Notes: generated by a model not told the origin, from the sequence alone. DNA of 64,000 nt from Phycisphaeraceae bacterium (GCA_963674705.1 OY771506.1:3488001-3552000); one strand, 5' to 3'. Shown: positions 18,054 to 28,287, counted from the stretch's first letter. A program made the numbers and translations.

Positions 18054-20222
18054 TTATTTGATCGGATTCTCGGCGGCGGTCAGGGGGCCGCGCAGGCGGG
18101 CGATGGTTTCGCGGGACAGTTGGAACCAATCCTTGTCATTCGCATCCTGTGAGTTTTGCATGGAGACGGTGACCAGGTCCGAGGCCATGCGGACGATTTT
18201 CAGTGTGATCGTTTGGCCGTCGGTGGTGGTCAGTTCGATGGAATAGTCAATGTCCTGCGGCAGCAGGCTCATCGGTTGCGTGTAGCGGTCGGCTTGCAGG
18301 CCCGAGAGCGTGTCGAACACGGCGGCGGCTTGCGGCTGGTCGACTTCGCCGTTGTCAATGGTGTATTGCCTGCCGGTGCGCGTGAGGGTGACGGCTGTGA
18401 TGTCGCTGGCGAGTTTGACGGAACTGATCTGGTCGATGTTCAGGTTGATGACGGTGCGGCCGCGGAACTCGGCATTGAGTTTTTCGATCACATCCTGCGG
18501 GAGGACGAACGCGGTATCGATGCCGGTCATCAAGGCTCTACCGGTGTTGGGCGAGGCTTTGAGAGTGATCGGTGCGCCGCCGACCGGTTCGATCGTCCAT
18601 TCGATCCAATCGCCCATGGGTTCGACCGGATCGCTGAGCCAGGTTGAAGCTTTGAGTGGGTTGAGCAACTCGGGCAGGGCATCGATCGCGTCCTGTTCGA
18701 CGCTGTCGAAGCCCATAAGTTTCCATGTGATGGATTGATCGTCGTTGGTGGTTGGCTCAAAGGTGAAGACCTGGCCGTCATCGCGCTTGAGCGTCATCTT
18801 CGTGATGGATGAAGGTTCGATATCGAAGATGGTCCGGTCGCGCAGGGCGAGTGTTGAACCTAGGAGGGTGTCGAGTTCACCTGCGGGGACGAGGTAGGCG
18901 ATGGCTTCGCCTTCATTGACGATAGCACGTTTATCGCCTTGATCGTAAACTTTGAACACGACGTCGCTGTCTTGCTCAGCGAGTTTGATGCGGACGGTTG
19001 CGGTGGGTGTGCCGAGGGTGCTGAGGTCGGTTACGTAGTCGGTGGATTGCAACTCGCATAGTTTTTGGACCATGTCTTGCGAGGCGATGTAGTCGGCGTT
19101 GTAGCCGGGGGCGGGATCGCCGAAGACGTAGCCGGTTTGCAGGTCGCGGACCAGGTGCAGCGTGGTTCGACCGTTCTTCTCGACTGTGAGTTCACGCACG
19201 TCGTAGGTTTGAGCCGGCACGGCTTGCGTATCGCAGAAGTCCATCTGCGTCCTCATCAGGCTGTCGATGGTGGCAGCGTTGACCGTAAAGATGACACCGA
19301 TGGGATCATCCGTCGTAGAGATCGCGGCGTAACGGTTCTTGCCTTCCAGGTCTTCGCCGCCGATGTAGAGCGTGTGTTTGACTTCGGTGTCATTTGCGCC
19401 CGGCTCAACGATCTGTAGCCGCATGTAATCCGTATCAAGGCCGTACAGCGCGAGGTTTTGAGGATTATCTTCAACGAAGTCGTTGATCCAGATACCGCCG
19501 AGTGACGAGAACCACTGCTGGATAGCGGCTTGGCTGACGCGATGCGATATCTTCGAATCGATCTGCCATTTGCCGTCTTTCTTTTGCAGATGGATATTGT
19601 CAGCACTGGTCAGGAACAGGTCAGCGGACGTCGCTTCGGCGGCATCGGGCAGGTCGAGCGAACGCGAGCGCCAGTCATCAACGCTCTGGTCGAGCACCGC
19701 CCCGTGCAGGTTGTTCTCGACGATGTAGGCGTCGGGCTCGCCATCAATCTGGATGTAGGCGTGGCCCCCGAGTGTGTGTTTGCCGAGTTTGAGTGTGGTA
19801 TCGGTGTCGCCGTGGTGGAAGCTGAGCGTGGCGCGCGGGGTGTCCAGGCCCATCTGTTCGGGCGTCGGTGCGTCTTCATCATCGGGCGAGACACGTTCGA
19901 CATAACGCAGGTTCGCCAGGTTGTATGTGATGTTGTCAGGCGCATGCGTATCGAGCGGGAAGCGAACGGGCTCGGTCTGGAACCAGTTGTCGGCTTCCTT
20001 GGTCAACGTGATGCTGTTTTGTCCTCGATCAATCGTGATGCGATCGATCGTGTCGGCATCGAGGTCAGTGAAGATAAGTTCGCCCTCGGGCTGGTCGTTG
20101 GTTTGTTTCTGCTTTTGTTGGTGTACTTCGTAGCTGCTGACCTTGCCGAACTCTGCGAAGTAGAAGTACCCACCGACTACCGCGAGCAGGATCAGGAGTA
20201 TGAGCGTGGTCTTGTAGTTCAT
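18054..20222 (-). CDS. DUF4340-family protein (repeated periplasmic domains)
   Basis: N-terminal TM (MNYKTTLILLILL..GGYFYF); repeated 'W....P' and 'YGLD/MGLDTP' units; last gene of the Gld-like ABC operon. Confidence 0.8.
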   Translation of the reverse strand: MNYKTTLILLILLAVVGGYFYFAEFGKVSSYEVHQQKQKQTNDQPEGELIFTDLDADTIDRITIDRGQNSITLTKEADNWFQTEPVRFPLDTHAPDNITYNLANLRYVERVSPDDEDAPTPEQMGLDTPRATLSFHHGDTDTTLKLGKHTLGGHAYIQIDGEPDAYIVENNLHGAVLDQSVDDWRSRSLDLPDAAEATSADLFLTSADNIHLQKKDGKWQIDSKISHRVSQAAIQQWFSSLGGIWINDFVEDNPQNLALYGLDTDYMRLQIVEPGANDTEVKHTLYIGGEDLEGKNRYAAISTTDDPIGVIFTVNAATIDSLMRTQMDFCDTQAVPAQTYDVRELTVEKNGRTTLHLVRDLQTGYVFGDPAPGYNADYIASQDMVQKLCELQSTDYVTDLSTLGTPTATVRIKLAEQDSDVVFKVYDQGDKRAIVNEGEAIAYLVPAGELDTLLGSTLALRDRTIFDIEPSSITKMTLKRDDGQVFTFEPTTNDDQSITWKLMGFDSVEQDAIDALPELLNPLKASTWLSDPVEPMGDWIEWTIEPVGGAPITLKASPNTGRALMTGIDTAFVLPQDVIEKLNAEFRGRTVINLNIDQISSVKLASDITAVTLTRTGRQYTIDNGEVDQPQAAAVFDTLSGLQADRYTQPMSLLPQDIDYSIELTTTDGQTITLKIVRMASDLVTVSMQNSQDANDKDWFQLSRETIARLRGPLTAAENPIK

Positions 20223-20234
20223 GATTCAGTGCCT

Positions 20235-22334
20235 TTATGCTCTGCGTCGGACGCTCCAGACGATCACGCCAAGGATTAGTGCTGACATGGGCATGCCTAC
20301 GAGCAGGCCTGACTGGTACCAGGCAAGTTTGCTGTCGGACATCGGTTGAATACGCGGTACGTCCTGCGATCGCGGGCTGGCGGCGATCATGTCTTCCATC
20401 CCGGCCAGCCAGAACACGCTGTTGACAAAGAGTTCGCTGTTGCCGGGGACGACAGCGCCGGTTAATTCAGCGGTGCCTTGACCGAACAGGCCCCAGCCGG
20501 TGATGTCATCCGTCGCCCAGACCTGTTCCGCGATCGTGACCAATCGCGCGCCGTCTTTTTCGGAGGCATACGCGATGGTGTAAGACGGGGCGCTGTTTTC
20601 TTCATCAAACTTGGCGTTGCGGACCGCGTCGGGCGTAGAGAGATCGGTGGTGGTCCAGAGTTTGTCGCCTTTGATCTCGACAAGCAGGTAGTGCGCTGCG
20701 CCTTTGTCATCCTCAACCAGGATCGGGCTGGGGCTGTAGAACATCGCCTGCATGCCGTCGAGCGCGGTGGTGATCGGCAGGGCGCTGGGCCAGGTATCGA
20801 CCGGCATCTGCAGGGATGTCATCGAACGACGGTTTGCCAGTTGTACTTCCTCGAGGATGAGCCGGTCGGTCTGTGGTTTGATGCCCCAGGTGTTGAGCTC
20901 GTCGACGATGGGATTGGGCATGCCGTAGAGTGATGTTGGATCGGCGGGGACCATGACAAGTGCTGCATCACCTGCGGCCAGACGTTCTTTGAGCAGGTCG
21001 CCGATGTGTTGGCGCGGGTTCATGCCCATCATCATGGGTGTGCCCATCGGTTGGCCGTAGGCGGGCGGGACGATCCAGATGATTTTCTGCCCGGGCTTGG
21101 GTTCGGGGCGCGGCAACGGTGGGGTGGGTTGACCCATCGAACTGATCTGGCCGGTGGGATTCCACTGCCTGACATCGAAGTCGGCGTTTTGCAGGCGCTG
21201 GGCGACGTTGTTGTAGTTGCCTTGTGCGCCGAGTGCTGCGCCGGAATTGGAAAGAACGAAAACGACCAGCGGCGGCTGATCGATGGTCATGCTCAATAGC
21301 GCGCCGGTGAGTTTTTCTTCGATCAGGTATTGCGGCTGGGTTTGGCCGGTCTGCTCGATGTTTCGCAGGTCCTGCCGCCACATCTCGCTGATCGGGATCA
21401 CCTTGACCTTGTTCGGCCCAAGCGCAACGACGGATGCCCCACGGTTTAACGTCAGGAACACCTGGTTGTACCGCGGCGAATCCTTTGCCTCATCCATCTT
21501 CTGCAGGGGTTCAGCCAGCAGGGTCTTTGCCTGCTTGCACAGTTCGATCGCTTCAAGCAGGCGTTCTTTTTCTTCGTTGCTCGTGCTGACGTTTCGGATC
21601 AGCGGGCTGCCGCTTTGCGTGATGACGTCAAGCAGCGTGTTGTAGTCGGTGATTACCCCCTGGAGTTGCTCTTTAACACCGGCGTAGTTAACCAGGACCT
21701 GGTCCATCAGTTCCTCGGCCTGCTCGTCGACTTGATCGACTCTCTCATCGAATTCCTTGGAGCGTGTGGCAGCGGCGCGGAAGAATTTTTGAGTACCTGT
21801 TTCGGGTGTGTTGGGGTCGTTATTCACGCCGGCGGTGAGCGCTTGGGTGAGTTGGGTATTGATCGGACGGACCTGGTGCATGGCATCGAGGCCGAGCGCA
21901 ATCGCTTCCTTAACGGGCGTCAGTTCGTCGGCGAAGGCATCGACGATCGCGTTGTTCAGGGCCTCAGCTTTTTTGATGCTGCTGCGCGGGTCCATGTGAT
22001 CGACCGCCAGGTTTTTACTGAATCGGCCGTACACATCGGTCAGGTCTTTCACGTCTTCGTAGACGCGGGCGGTATCTTCATCCGGCGCGCTATCGGGGAT
22101 AAGCGTGACGAGTTTGTATTCGCCGTCTAGCTTGTTCAGGACGGTTTCGGTCTGCTGCGAGAGGCTGTATCGTCCGCCTTGCGTCGTATCGAATCGGATG
22201 TACTGCCGCGCAGCGATCCAGTTAATCAGGATGGTGATCCCGACGGATGCGAGGATGGCGACGACGACGTTTGTGCCGTACTTGATCCTGCGGATCGTGT
22301 GGGTGTTAACGGATTTGTGTGGTTTATCTGTCAT
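20235..22334 (-). CDS. GldG-like ABC transporter auxiliary component
   Basis: TM + RFDTTQGGRYSLSQQT motif; GNSELFVNSVFWL and C-terminal TM ending RRRA. Confidence 0.82.
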   Translation of the reverse strand: MTDKPHKSVNTHTIRRIKYGTNVVVAILASVGITILINWIAARQYIRFDTTQGGRYSLSQQTETVLNKLDGEYKLVTLIPDSAPDEDTARVYEDVKDLTDVYGRFSKNLAVDHMDPRSSIKKAEALNNAIVDAFADELTPVKEAIALGLDAMHQVRPINTQLTQALTAGVNNDPNTPETGTQKFFRAAATRSKEFDERVDQVDEQAEELMDQVLVNYAGVKEQLQGVITDYNTLLDVITQSGSPLIRNVSTSNEEKERLLEAIELCKQAKTLLAEPLQKMDEAKDSPRYNQVFLTLNRGASVVALGPNKVKVIPISEMWRQDLRNIEQTGQTQPQYLIEEKLTGALLSMTIDQPPLVVFVLSNSGAALGAQGNYNNVAQRLQNADFDVRQWNPTGQISSMGQPTPPLPRPEPKPGQKIIWIVPPAYGQPMGTPMMMGMNPRQHIGDLLKERLAAGDAALVMVPADPTSLYGMPNPIVDELNTWGIKPQTDRLILEEVQLANRRSMTSLQMPVDTWPSALPITTALDGMQAMFYSPSPILVEDDKGAAHYLLVEIKGDKLWTTTDLSTPDAVRNAKFDEENSAPSYTIAYASEKDGARLVTIAEQVWATDDITGWGLFGQGTAELTGAVVPGNSELFVNSVFWLAGMEDMIAASPRSQDVPRIQPMSDSKLAWYQSGLLVGMPMSALILGVIVWSVRRRA

Positions 22335-22367
22335 GTCAATCCCGTGTCGGTCGATCGTTCATTCAGC

Positions 22368-23087
22368 TTAGCGCCAGCGTTTGCTGTGCAGGGTTTGTGT
22401 CGCGAGGAAGAGGAAGAGGCTGATCCCGCTGACGAAGAAGACGATGCGGCTGAGGTCGATGACGCCCATCGCAAAGTCCTCGTATTGCTGGTAGATGTTG
22501 ATGTAGTAGAGCGGTTGCTGCGCCCACTGCGGGAGCCAGTCTGTGCCGCGCAGGAAACGTGAGGGCAGCACCATCGCGAGGATGATGGTGACGGTCACGA
22601 TAAAAGCGATGATCTGGTTCTGCGTGGTCGCCGAGGCGAACGCGCCGATCGCGAGGTAAAGCCCGCCGACCAGCAGCAGGCCGAGGTAACCGGTGAGGAC
22701 CGGGCCGGGGTCGGGGCTGGCGTTGAGGGTGAGGATGAAGGTGAGGATCAATAGCGGCACCATGAGCGTAAGCAGGAAGCCCATCGCGCCGAGCCATTTG
22801 CCTGTGACGACCTGCGTATCGCTGACCGGCAAAGTCATGAGCGATTCGATCGTGCCGGCCCGGTATTCTTCGCTTAATAGTCGCATGCTGATCGCGGGGA
22901 CGAGGAACATCATGAGGATCGATACGGTGCCCATGAGGTTGCGCATCTCCGCGGGTGTGCCGGGCTTGAATTCGATCAGGAAGAACACAGCCGTGCCGAA
23001 CCCGAACACGCCCAGCACGACATAAGCGATCGGGCTGAAGAACAGGCTGGACAGTTCACGTTTCGCGATGGTGAGGGTTTGGTTCAT
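22368..23087 (-). CDS. ABC-2 permease (GldF-like)
   Basis: IAKRELSSLFFSPIAY, PAISMRLLSEE..GTIESLMTLP, GKWLG, TQNQIIA. Confidence 0.9.
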   Translation of the reverse strand: MNQTLTIAKRELSSLFFSPIAYVVLGVFGFGTAVFFLIEFKPGTPAEMRNLMGTVSILMMFLVPAISMRLLSEEYRAGTIESLMTLPVSDTQVVTGKWLGAMGFLLTLMVPLLILTFILTLNASPDPGPVLTGYLGLLLVGGLYLAIGAFASATTQNQIIAFIVTVTIILAMVLPSRFLRGTDWLPQWAQQPLYYINIYQQYEDFAMGVIDLSRIVFFVSGISLFLFLATQTLHSKRWR

Positions 23088-23090
23088 GCG

Positions 23091-23198
23091 AGGGTGTAGG
23101 GTGTAGGGTTTAGGGTGTAGGGTGTAGGGTTTAGGGTGTAGGGGATTTTATTTTCTGCTTTTCTGCTTTTCTGTTTTTCTGCGTTTTCTGCGTTTTCT
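23091..23198 (+). repeat. Short tandem repeats: (AGGGTGT/AGGGTTT)x7, then (TTTTCTGC)n
   Basis: Read directly: 23091-23144 heptamers with a 21-bp super-period; 23151-23198 8-9-mers. Confidence 0.92.
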
Positions 23199-23206
23199 CC
23201 CCCCCC

Positions 23207-23240
23207 CCAACGCCGGTCCTGAGCGAAGCGAAGGTCCGGG
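23207..23240 (+). repeat. Dispersed palindromic repeat; inverted copy at 61907-61940
   Basis: CCAACGCCGGTCCTGAGCGAAGCGAAGGTCCGGG; 32/34 identical to the reverse complement of 61907-61940. Confidence 0.8.
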
Positions 23241-23288
23241 CGGTTTTAAGCAGGTGAACAGTAGATCACACTCATCTATTCTCCTGCT

Positions 23289-24233
23289 CTATACACCAAC
23301 CGCCTCCGGTTCGCGGAACAGTTGCAGGTAGTAGTCTTCGAGGTTGGGTTTGCGTGTGGTGACTTCGCGGACGGTCCAACTGTGTTCGTTGGCTTTGTGT
23401 TGCAGTGTTGTAGCTAAATTATCGTTGTTTGTCGGGGCGACTTCGGCGCGGCACCAGCCGGCGTGGGGGGTGACGTCGACATAGCGCACACCGGGCACGG
23501 CCCGCAGCGTTGAACTCACAGCTTCCGGGTCGGCTTCGATATCCATGATGATTCGGTCGCCGCCTTCAACTTTGACGCACAGTTCGTCCGTCGTGCCGTC
23601 CGCGACAAGCTCGCCTTCCTTGAGGATCAGCACGCGGTCGACGGTCTTTTCGATTTCATGCAGGATGTGGCTCGACAGTAGGATCGTGTGTTTGCTGCGC
23701 AGTTCGGCAAGCAACTCGCGGAAGTGTTTGATCTGGTTCGGGTCGAGCCCGGCAGTCGGTTCGTCGAGGAAGAGCACTTCCGGTTCGTGCAATAGCGCCT
23801 GGGCGAGTCCGACACGCTGACGGTTGCCTTTGGAAAGCTGTCCTATCAGGCGACGTCGGATTTTCGTCAGGCCGCAGCGGTCGCAGACATCGCCGATACG
23901 GCGGGTGCGGTCGGTCTTGGTCATCTTCAATAGCTTGCCGCGGTAATTCAGGAATTCCTCGACGCGCATCTCCGGATACAGCGGCGTCGACTCGGGCAAG
24001 TACCCGATGCTGGAGCGTGCGGCATCCGACTGCTTAAGGATGTCATGCCCGGCCACCGTGGCCGAACCCGACGTCGGCGGCAGGTACCCCGTGAGCATCC
24101 GCAGCGTCGTGCTCTTGCCCGCACCGTTAGGCCCGAGGAAACCGACGACCTGACCCTTCTCGATAGAGAAAGTCAGTTCACTGACGGCACGGGTAGGCCC
24201 GAACCACTTGACCAACTGATCAGCTTGAATCAT
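23289..24233 (-). CDS. ABC transporter ATP-binding protein (GldA-like)
   Basis: GPNGAGKST, LSKGNRQR, LFLDEPTAGLD, SSH. Confidence 0.95.
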   Translation of the reverse strand: MIQADQLVKWFGPTRAVSELTFSIEKGQVVGFLGPNGAGKSTTLRMLTGYLPPTSGSATVAGHDILKQSDAARSSIGYLPESTPLYPEMRVEEFLNYRGKLLKMTKTDRTRRIGDVCDRCGLTKIRRRLIGQLSKGNRQRVGLAQALLHEPEVLFLDEPTAGLDPNQIKHFRELLAELRSKHTILLSSHILHEIEKTVDRVLILKEGELVADGTTDELCVKVEGGDRIIMDIEADPEAVSSTLRAVPGVRYVDVTPHAGWCRAEVAPTNNDNLATTLQHKANEHSWTVREVTTRKPNLEDYYLQLFREPEAVGV

Positions 24234-24410
24234 TTACATACCCCTGCCCCCGGAATCATATTCCGGAGCCTATCCCCGGCTGGTGTCTTTGTTTACTCAT
24301 TGCGAGCCATATAGTCTCCCCTACGCAGGCAGATGGGTCAAGGTTCGGCAGGATCAGGGGTTAGTGGGGGTTTATATCGGAGATAGGTGTGCGTTTTGGC
24401 GACGAGCAGG

Positions 24411-24611
24411 CTCCGAAGGAGCCAAGGGTTGTAGCCACGGGTGAAGCGCAGCGCAACCCGTGGAGGGTGAATCATAATCATTGACTCGCTCCGGCAGGTG
24501 CGAAGGGGCATCGCCTCCGCCCCTGCCGGGGCGGGATATTCTGTGCGTCCTGTTTTCCACGGGTTGCGCTGCGCTTCACACGTGGCTACAGTCCGTCGCC
24601 CCGATGGGGCG
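24411..24611. repeat. Composite GTAG-REP element flanking the IS200-type tnpA (copy 1)
   Basis: GTAGCCACGGGTGAAGCGCAGCGCAACCCGTGG (24431-24463), inverted partner at 24557-24589, plus CCCC-GAA/GAT-GGGG hairpins. Confidence 0.88.
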
Positions 24612-24636
24612 TAGGAGGACCTACTGCTACACGCGT

Positions 24637-25089
24637 TCAATCAAATACGTATTGCTCATCGAACTCGATCCCGTGTGCTTGTAGCATCCGGATCAGTTCA
24701 GATTTGAAGTCTTCATTGGCGTGATGCTGTGCTTGATTCGCGATGTATTTTTTGACTGCAGGTTCTTGTGATTTACTGACCGAAAAGGCGCTGTAACCTT
24801 CCTGCCACGCGAAGGTACCGAGCGTGGGAAATGTCTCGTGCACCCATCGTGAAGATCGTGACTTCACGGTTCGCATCAGGTCAGAAATCGATGCGTCAGG
24901 TCGCCAGCGTAGAAAGAGATGTACGTGATCGGCTACGCCGCCGATGTCGTACAGTGCGCCCTTTTCGGCGCGGATAATACCGCCAAGGTAGGGGTACAAA
25001 CGTTCTGCGAGGTCGGTTGTTATCCATGGTTCGCGGTGTTTGGTTGAAAATACGACGTGTAAGAGAATCTGAGTATAAGTCCCCGGCAT
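24637..25089 (-). CDS. tnpA: IS200/IS605-family HuH (Y1) transposase, REP-associated
   Basis: MPGTYTQILLHVVFSTKHR, DHVHLF (HuH), FAWQEGYSAFSVS, KYIANQ (catalytic Tyr); no tnpB nearby. Confidence 0.93.
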   Translation of the reverse strand: MPGTYTQILLHVVFSTKHREPWITTDLAERLYPYLGGIIRAEKGALYDIGGVADHVHLFLRWRPDASISDLMRTVKSRSSRWVHETFPTLGTFAWQEGYSAFSVSKSQEPAVKKYIANQAQHHANEDFKSELIRMLQAHGIEFDEQYVFD

Positions 25090-25187
25090 ACGGCTACCCT
25101 TCGTAGATTGTGAGTATATGGATAGATAGGTCACGATACTTCTTCTGTGAATGTAGCGTAAACAGTGGTTGATGCTGTTGCAAAACA

Positions 25188-25394
25188 CCCCGAAGGGGGT
25201 GATGGACTGTAGCCACGGGTGAAGCGAAGCGCAACCCGTGGAAGATGAGGGGTGTAGATAATTTTAATTCGCCCCGGCAGGGGTGAAGGAAACACTCCTC
25301 CGCCCCTGCAGGGGCGGGATATTTTGTGCATCATATTTCCCACGGGTTACGCTGCGCTCCACCCGTGGCTACAACCCGACGCCCCGATGGGGCG
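25188..25394. repeat. Composite GTAG-REP element flanking the IS200-type tnpA (copy 2)
   Basis: GTAGCCACGGGTGAAGCGAAGCGCAACCCGTGG (25209-25241), inverted partner at 25340-25372; same layout as copy 1. Confidence 0.88.
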
Positions 25395-25485
25395 ATGACT
25401 GTTGACATTTAGTTTCATGCTGAGGTTACTGAACTGAAGTGTGTGATACAAAATCTACTTGGAACAGATATGATGCTAAAAGCAT

Positions 25486-25770
25486 ATGAAGTCACAACAG
25501 GCTAAAAGCAGATCCGCTTCGTTCACGTTATGGGTCAGTGTATCTATCGTTGTAATGCTTGGCCTTATTGCTGCTGACATATTCTGCCTTTACTGTGCGT
25601 ACGACAACATTTCAACTGCAAGGAATACAGATGATCTGTTTGCCCTTACGCTCTATACGACTGGTATTAAATGGTTAATAGCTACTGGAGTATTGGGGGC
25701 ATGTACTTTAGCAGCGATATTAATTGGATTTACGTATTTCTATTACGGCCGGTCAAGCATGCAAAAATGA
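25486..25770 (+). CDS. Low-GC small membrane protein (2 TM)
   Basis: 94-aa ORF with two hydrophobic stretches in AT-rich DNA beside the REP array. Confidence 0.5.
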   Translation: MKSQQAKSRSASFTLWVSVSIVVMLGLIAADIFCLYCAYDNISTARNTDDLFALTLYTTGIKWLIATGVLGACTLAAILIGFTYFYYGRSSMQK

Positions 25771-25801
25771 AGTAAAGTCTGGCCAGTATGGCCTCACTCG
25801 A

Positions 25802-27670
25802 CTAATCCGTTGTTCTGACGACATCCATAAACACCTCCCCGTACCGCTTCAGCTTCGTCTGACCAACACCGGGGATCTGCAAGAACTCTGCGTCGGTGGT
25901 CGGGCGGTTGCGGGCCATGGCTCGTAGGGACTGGTCGCCGAAGACGACGTAGGGGGGGACGTTCTGGTCGGTGGCGAGTTTTCTTCGCAAGGTGCGCAGG
26001 GATTCGAATAGCTCTTGATCGGCGTCGGTTAATGGCGTGTCGTCGGATGAAGCTGCTTTTGTGCTTGATCGCGACTTCAACGGTTCGGCGGCGGCGCGGG
26101 ATTGGGCGATTTCGACTTTGGTTTCGCCTTTCAGGATGGCGAGGCTTCCGGGGGTGAGGTGGGCGGTGCGGTATTCGTCGGCGGTCAGCGCGAGTTGGTC
26201 GTGTTTGATGAGGGTGTGGGCGATGAGGTTCCAGTAGGCTTTGGGTTTGTCCTTGCCGATGCCGTGGACAGAAAGTTCATCGTGGTGGTTTTCGAGAACG
26301 CGCTGGGCGCGTGAGCCGCGCAGGACGTCGGTGACGTAGGTCAGGCCGAAGCGTTGTTCGGTGCGGGCGATGGTGGAAAGCAGTTTTTGGGCGTCTTCGG
26401 TTGCATCTGACAGGACCGGGGGCTTTCGACAGTTATCGCAATGGCCGCAATCGCCGGGGTGCTGCTCACCGAAGTGGCCCAGCAGGGGGATGCAGCGGCA
26501 CCTGGTGGTGTGGGCGAATTTCGCAACTTTTTCGAGCTGTTCGTAGGCGTGTTCGCGTTCGCGTTCATCCTGTTTCTGCTCGATGAAGTATTCGATCTTC
26601 GCGCGGTCGGCGTGAGAGTAGAACAGGATGCAGTCGGCTTCGAGCCCGTCACGACCAGCGCGGCCGGTCTCCTGGTAGTAGCCTTCAAGGTGGCGAGGCA
26701 TGTCGGCGTGAATCACAAATCGCACGTCCGGTTTATCGATGCCCATGCCGAATGCGATCGTTGCGACGATGACGCGCGTGTCGCCGTAGATGAAGTCGTG
26801 TTGATTGCGTTCACGTTCTTCAGTTTCGAGCCCGGCGTGGTAGGGCAGTGCGGCGATGCCTTGATCTCGCAGCTTCTGAGCCATGCGGTCGACGCGTGCC
26901 CGGCTCTGACAGTAGATGATGCCTTCATCGTCGGGATGCGTCAGCAGGTAATCGACGATCTGTCTGAAGGAGTGTTGTTTGGGGCGGACTTCGTAGTAGA
27001 GGTTGGTGCGTTCGAATCCGCCGTGATGCTCGGCCGGTTCGCGAAGGTGCAGCATGTTCTTGATGTCATCAGCGACGCGCGGCGTGGCAGTGGCGGTGAG
27101 CGCGATGAGGGGCGTATCTTTGAAGCGTCCGCCGAAGTTCGTGCGGAGCGTACCGAGTTGGCGGTATTCGGGGCGGAAGTCGTGGCCCCACTCGCTGATG
27201 CAGTGTGCTTCGTCGATGGCGAAACGTGCGACGTCGAGCCTGGCGAGCAGACGACGACCGGCGGCACTCATGAGGCGTTCGGGAGCCATGTAGATGAGGT
27301 CGTATTCGCCGGCGAGGGCCTGTTTCTCGCGGTTGGCGGCTTCATGTGGATCGAGCGTGGAGTTGAGCAGCGTGGCCCGTATGCCGTTAGCGCAGAGCAG
27401 TTCGACCTGGTTCTGCATCAGGGCGATGAGCGGGCAGACGACGATGGTGGTGCCTTCAGTCAGCAGGGCGGGAAGCTGGTAGCAGAGGCTTTTACCGCCG
27501 CCGGTGGGCATGACGACGAAGACGTCCCGGCCGGCGATGACGTCGGCGATGGCCTGATCCTGGATGGGGCGGAGCCTTTCGTGGCCGAAGAATTGCTTCA
27601 ACGGACCGGTGAGGCTAGCCGGATCGGGGCTATGGCTGGCATCCTGCACTGTGCCATGGGTTTGCGTCAT
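25802..27670 (-). CDS. recQ: ATP-dependent DNA helicase RecQ
   Basis: MPTGGGKSLCYQLP, IDEAHCISEWGHDFRPEY, YYQETGRAGRDG, Zn cysteines, RQC and HRDC domains. Confidence 0.97.
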   Translation of the reverse strand: MTQTHGTVQDASHSPDPASLTGPLKQFFGHERLRPIQDQAIADVIAGRDVFVVMPTGGGKSLCYQLPALLTEGTTIVVCPLIALMQNQVELLCANGIRATLLNSTLDPHEAANREKQALAGEYDLIYMAPERLMSAAGRRLLARLDVARFAIDEAHCISEWGHDFRPEYRQLGTLRTNFGGRFKDTPLIALTATATPRVADDIKNMLHLREPAEHHGGFERTNLYYEVRPKQHSFRQIVDYLLTHPDDEGIIYCQSRARVDRMAQKLRDQGIAALPYHAGLETEERERNQHDFIYGDTRVIVATIAFGMGIDKPDVRFVIHADMPRHLEGYYQETGRAGRDGLEADCILFYSHADRAKIEYFIEQKQDEREREHAYEQLEKVAKFAHTTRCRCIPLLGHFGEQHPGDCGHCDNCRKPPVLSDATEDAQKLLSTIARTEQRFGLTYVTDVLRGSRAQRVLENHHDELSVHGIGKDKPKAYWNLIAHTLIKHDQLALTADEYRTAHLTPGSLAILKGETKVEIAQSRAAAEPLKSRSSTKAASSDDTPLTDADQELFESLRTLRRKLATDQNVPPYVVFGDQSLRAMARNRPTTDAEFLQIPGVGQTKLKRYGEVFMDVVRTTD

Positions 27671-27813
27671 AAGCTAGAGCGTACACGATTGCGGAGGGGT
27701 GCACAGATGGGGGTAAAAAACGCCGATGATTTGAATAGATACCCCCCGCCTTGCCGCGAGGCGTAAGCACGGGTATTCTTCCCAATTCGTTTGTACTCAG
27801 GAGTATGTGAGGA

Positions 27814-28287
27814 TTGACCGTGCGGCTGACTGATATCCTGCAACCAGATTGCGTGAAAGTGCCGTTAGAGGGAGACTCCAAGCAGTCGTGCATCTACGAG
27901 TTGATCGATCTGTTGGTCGATCACACGGAGGTGCAGGACTCGGATGCCCTGAAAGAGGCGGTTTGGCAGCGTGAGTTGACCCGGACGACCGGGATCGGCC
28001 ACGGGATCGGTATCCCTCACGGTAAAGCCGCTTGCTGCGATGAGTTACGCATGGCGATCGGTCGGCCGAAGGAACCGCTGGAGTTCGGGGCGATCGACGG
28101 CAAACCGGTCAATCTCATCATCCTGCTCGCATCCCCGCTGGATAAGACCGGTCCGCATATCCAGGCACTCGCCAAGATCAGCCGGCTGCTGGTCAGCGAG
28201 GACCTGCGCGATGCCCTGCAGGAAGCGCCCACCGCGCAGGACCTGTACGACCTGCTGCTGCGGCATGAGAACCAGGCGGCTGTTTAG
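27814..28287 (+). CDS. PTS EIIA domain protein (Ntr/fructose type)
   Basis: RELTRTTGIGHGIGIPHG, FGAIDGKPV. Confidence 0.9.
   Translation: MTVRLTDILQPDCVKVPLEGDSKQSCIYELIDLLVDHTEVQDSDALKEAVWQRELTRTTGIGHGIGIPHGKAACCDELRMAIGRPKEPLEFGAIDGKPVNLIILLASPLDKTGPHIQALAKISRLLVSEDLRDALQEAPTAQDLYDLLLRHENQAAV

Noticed and set aside
24338..25394. Repeats as a possible CRISPR array; ORFs 24338-24640 and 25131-25343
   Set aside because: Repeats are inverted REP pairs without regular unique spacers, and no cas genes are present; the ORFs are translations of the repeats.
26441..27766. 441-aa plus-strand ORF
   Set aside because: Antisense to recQ.
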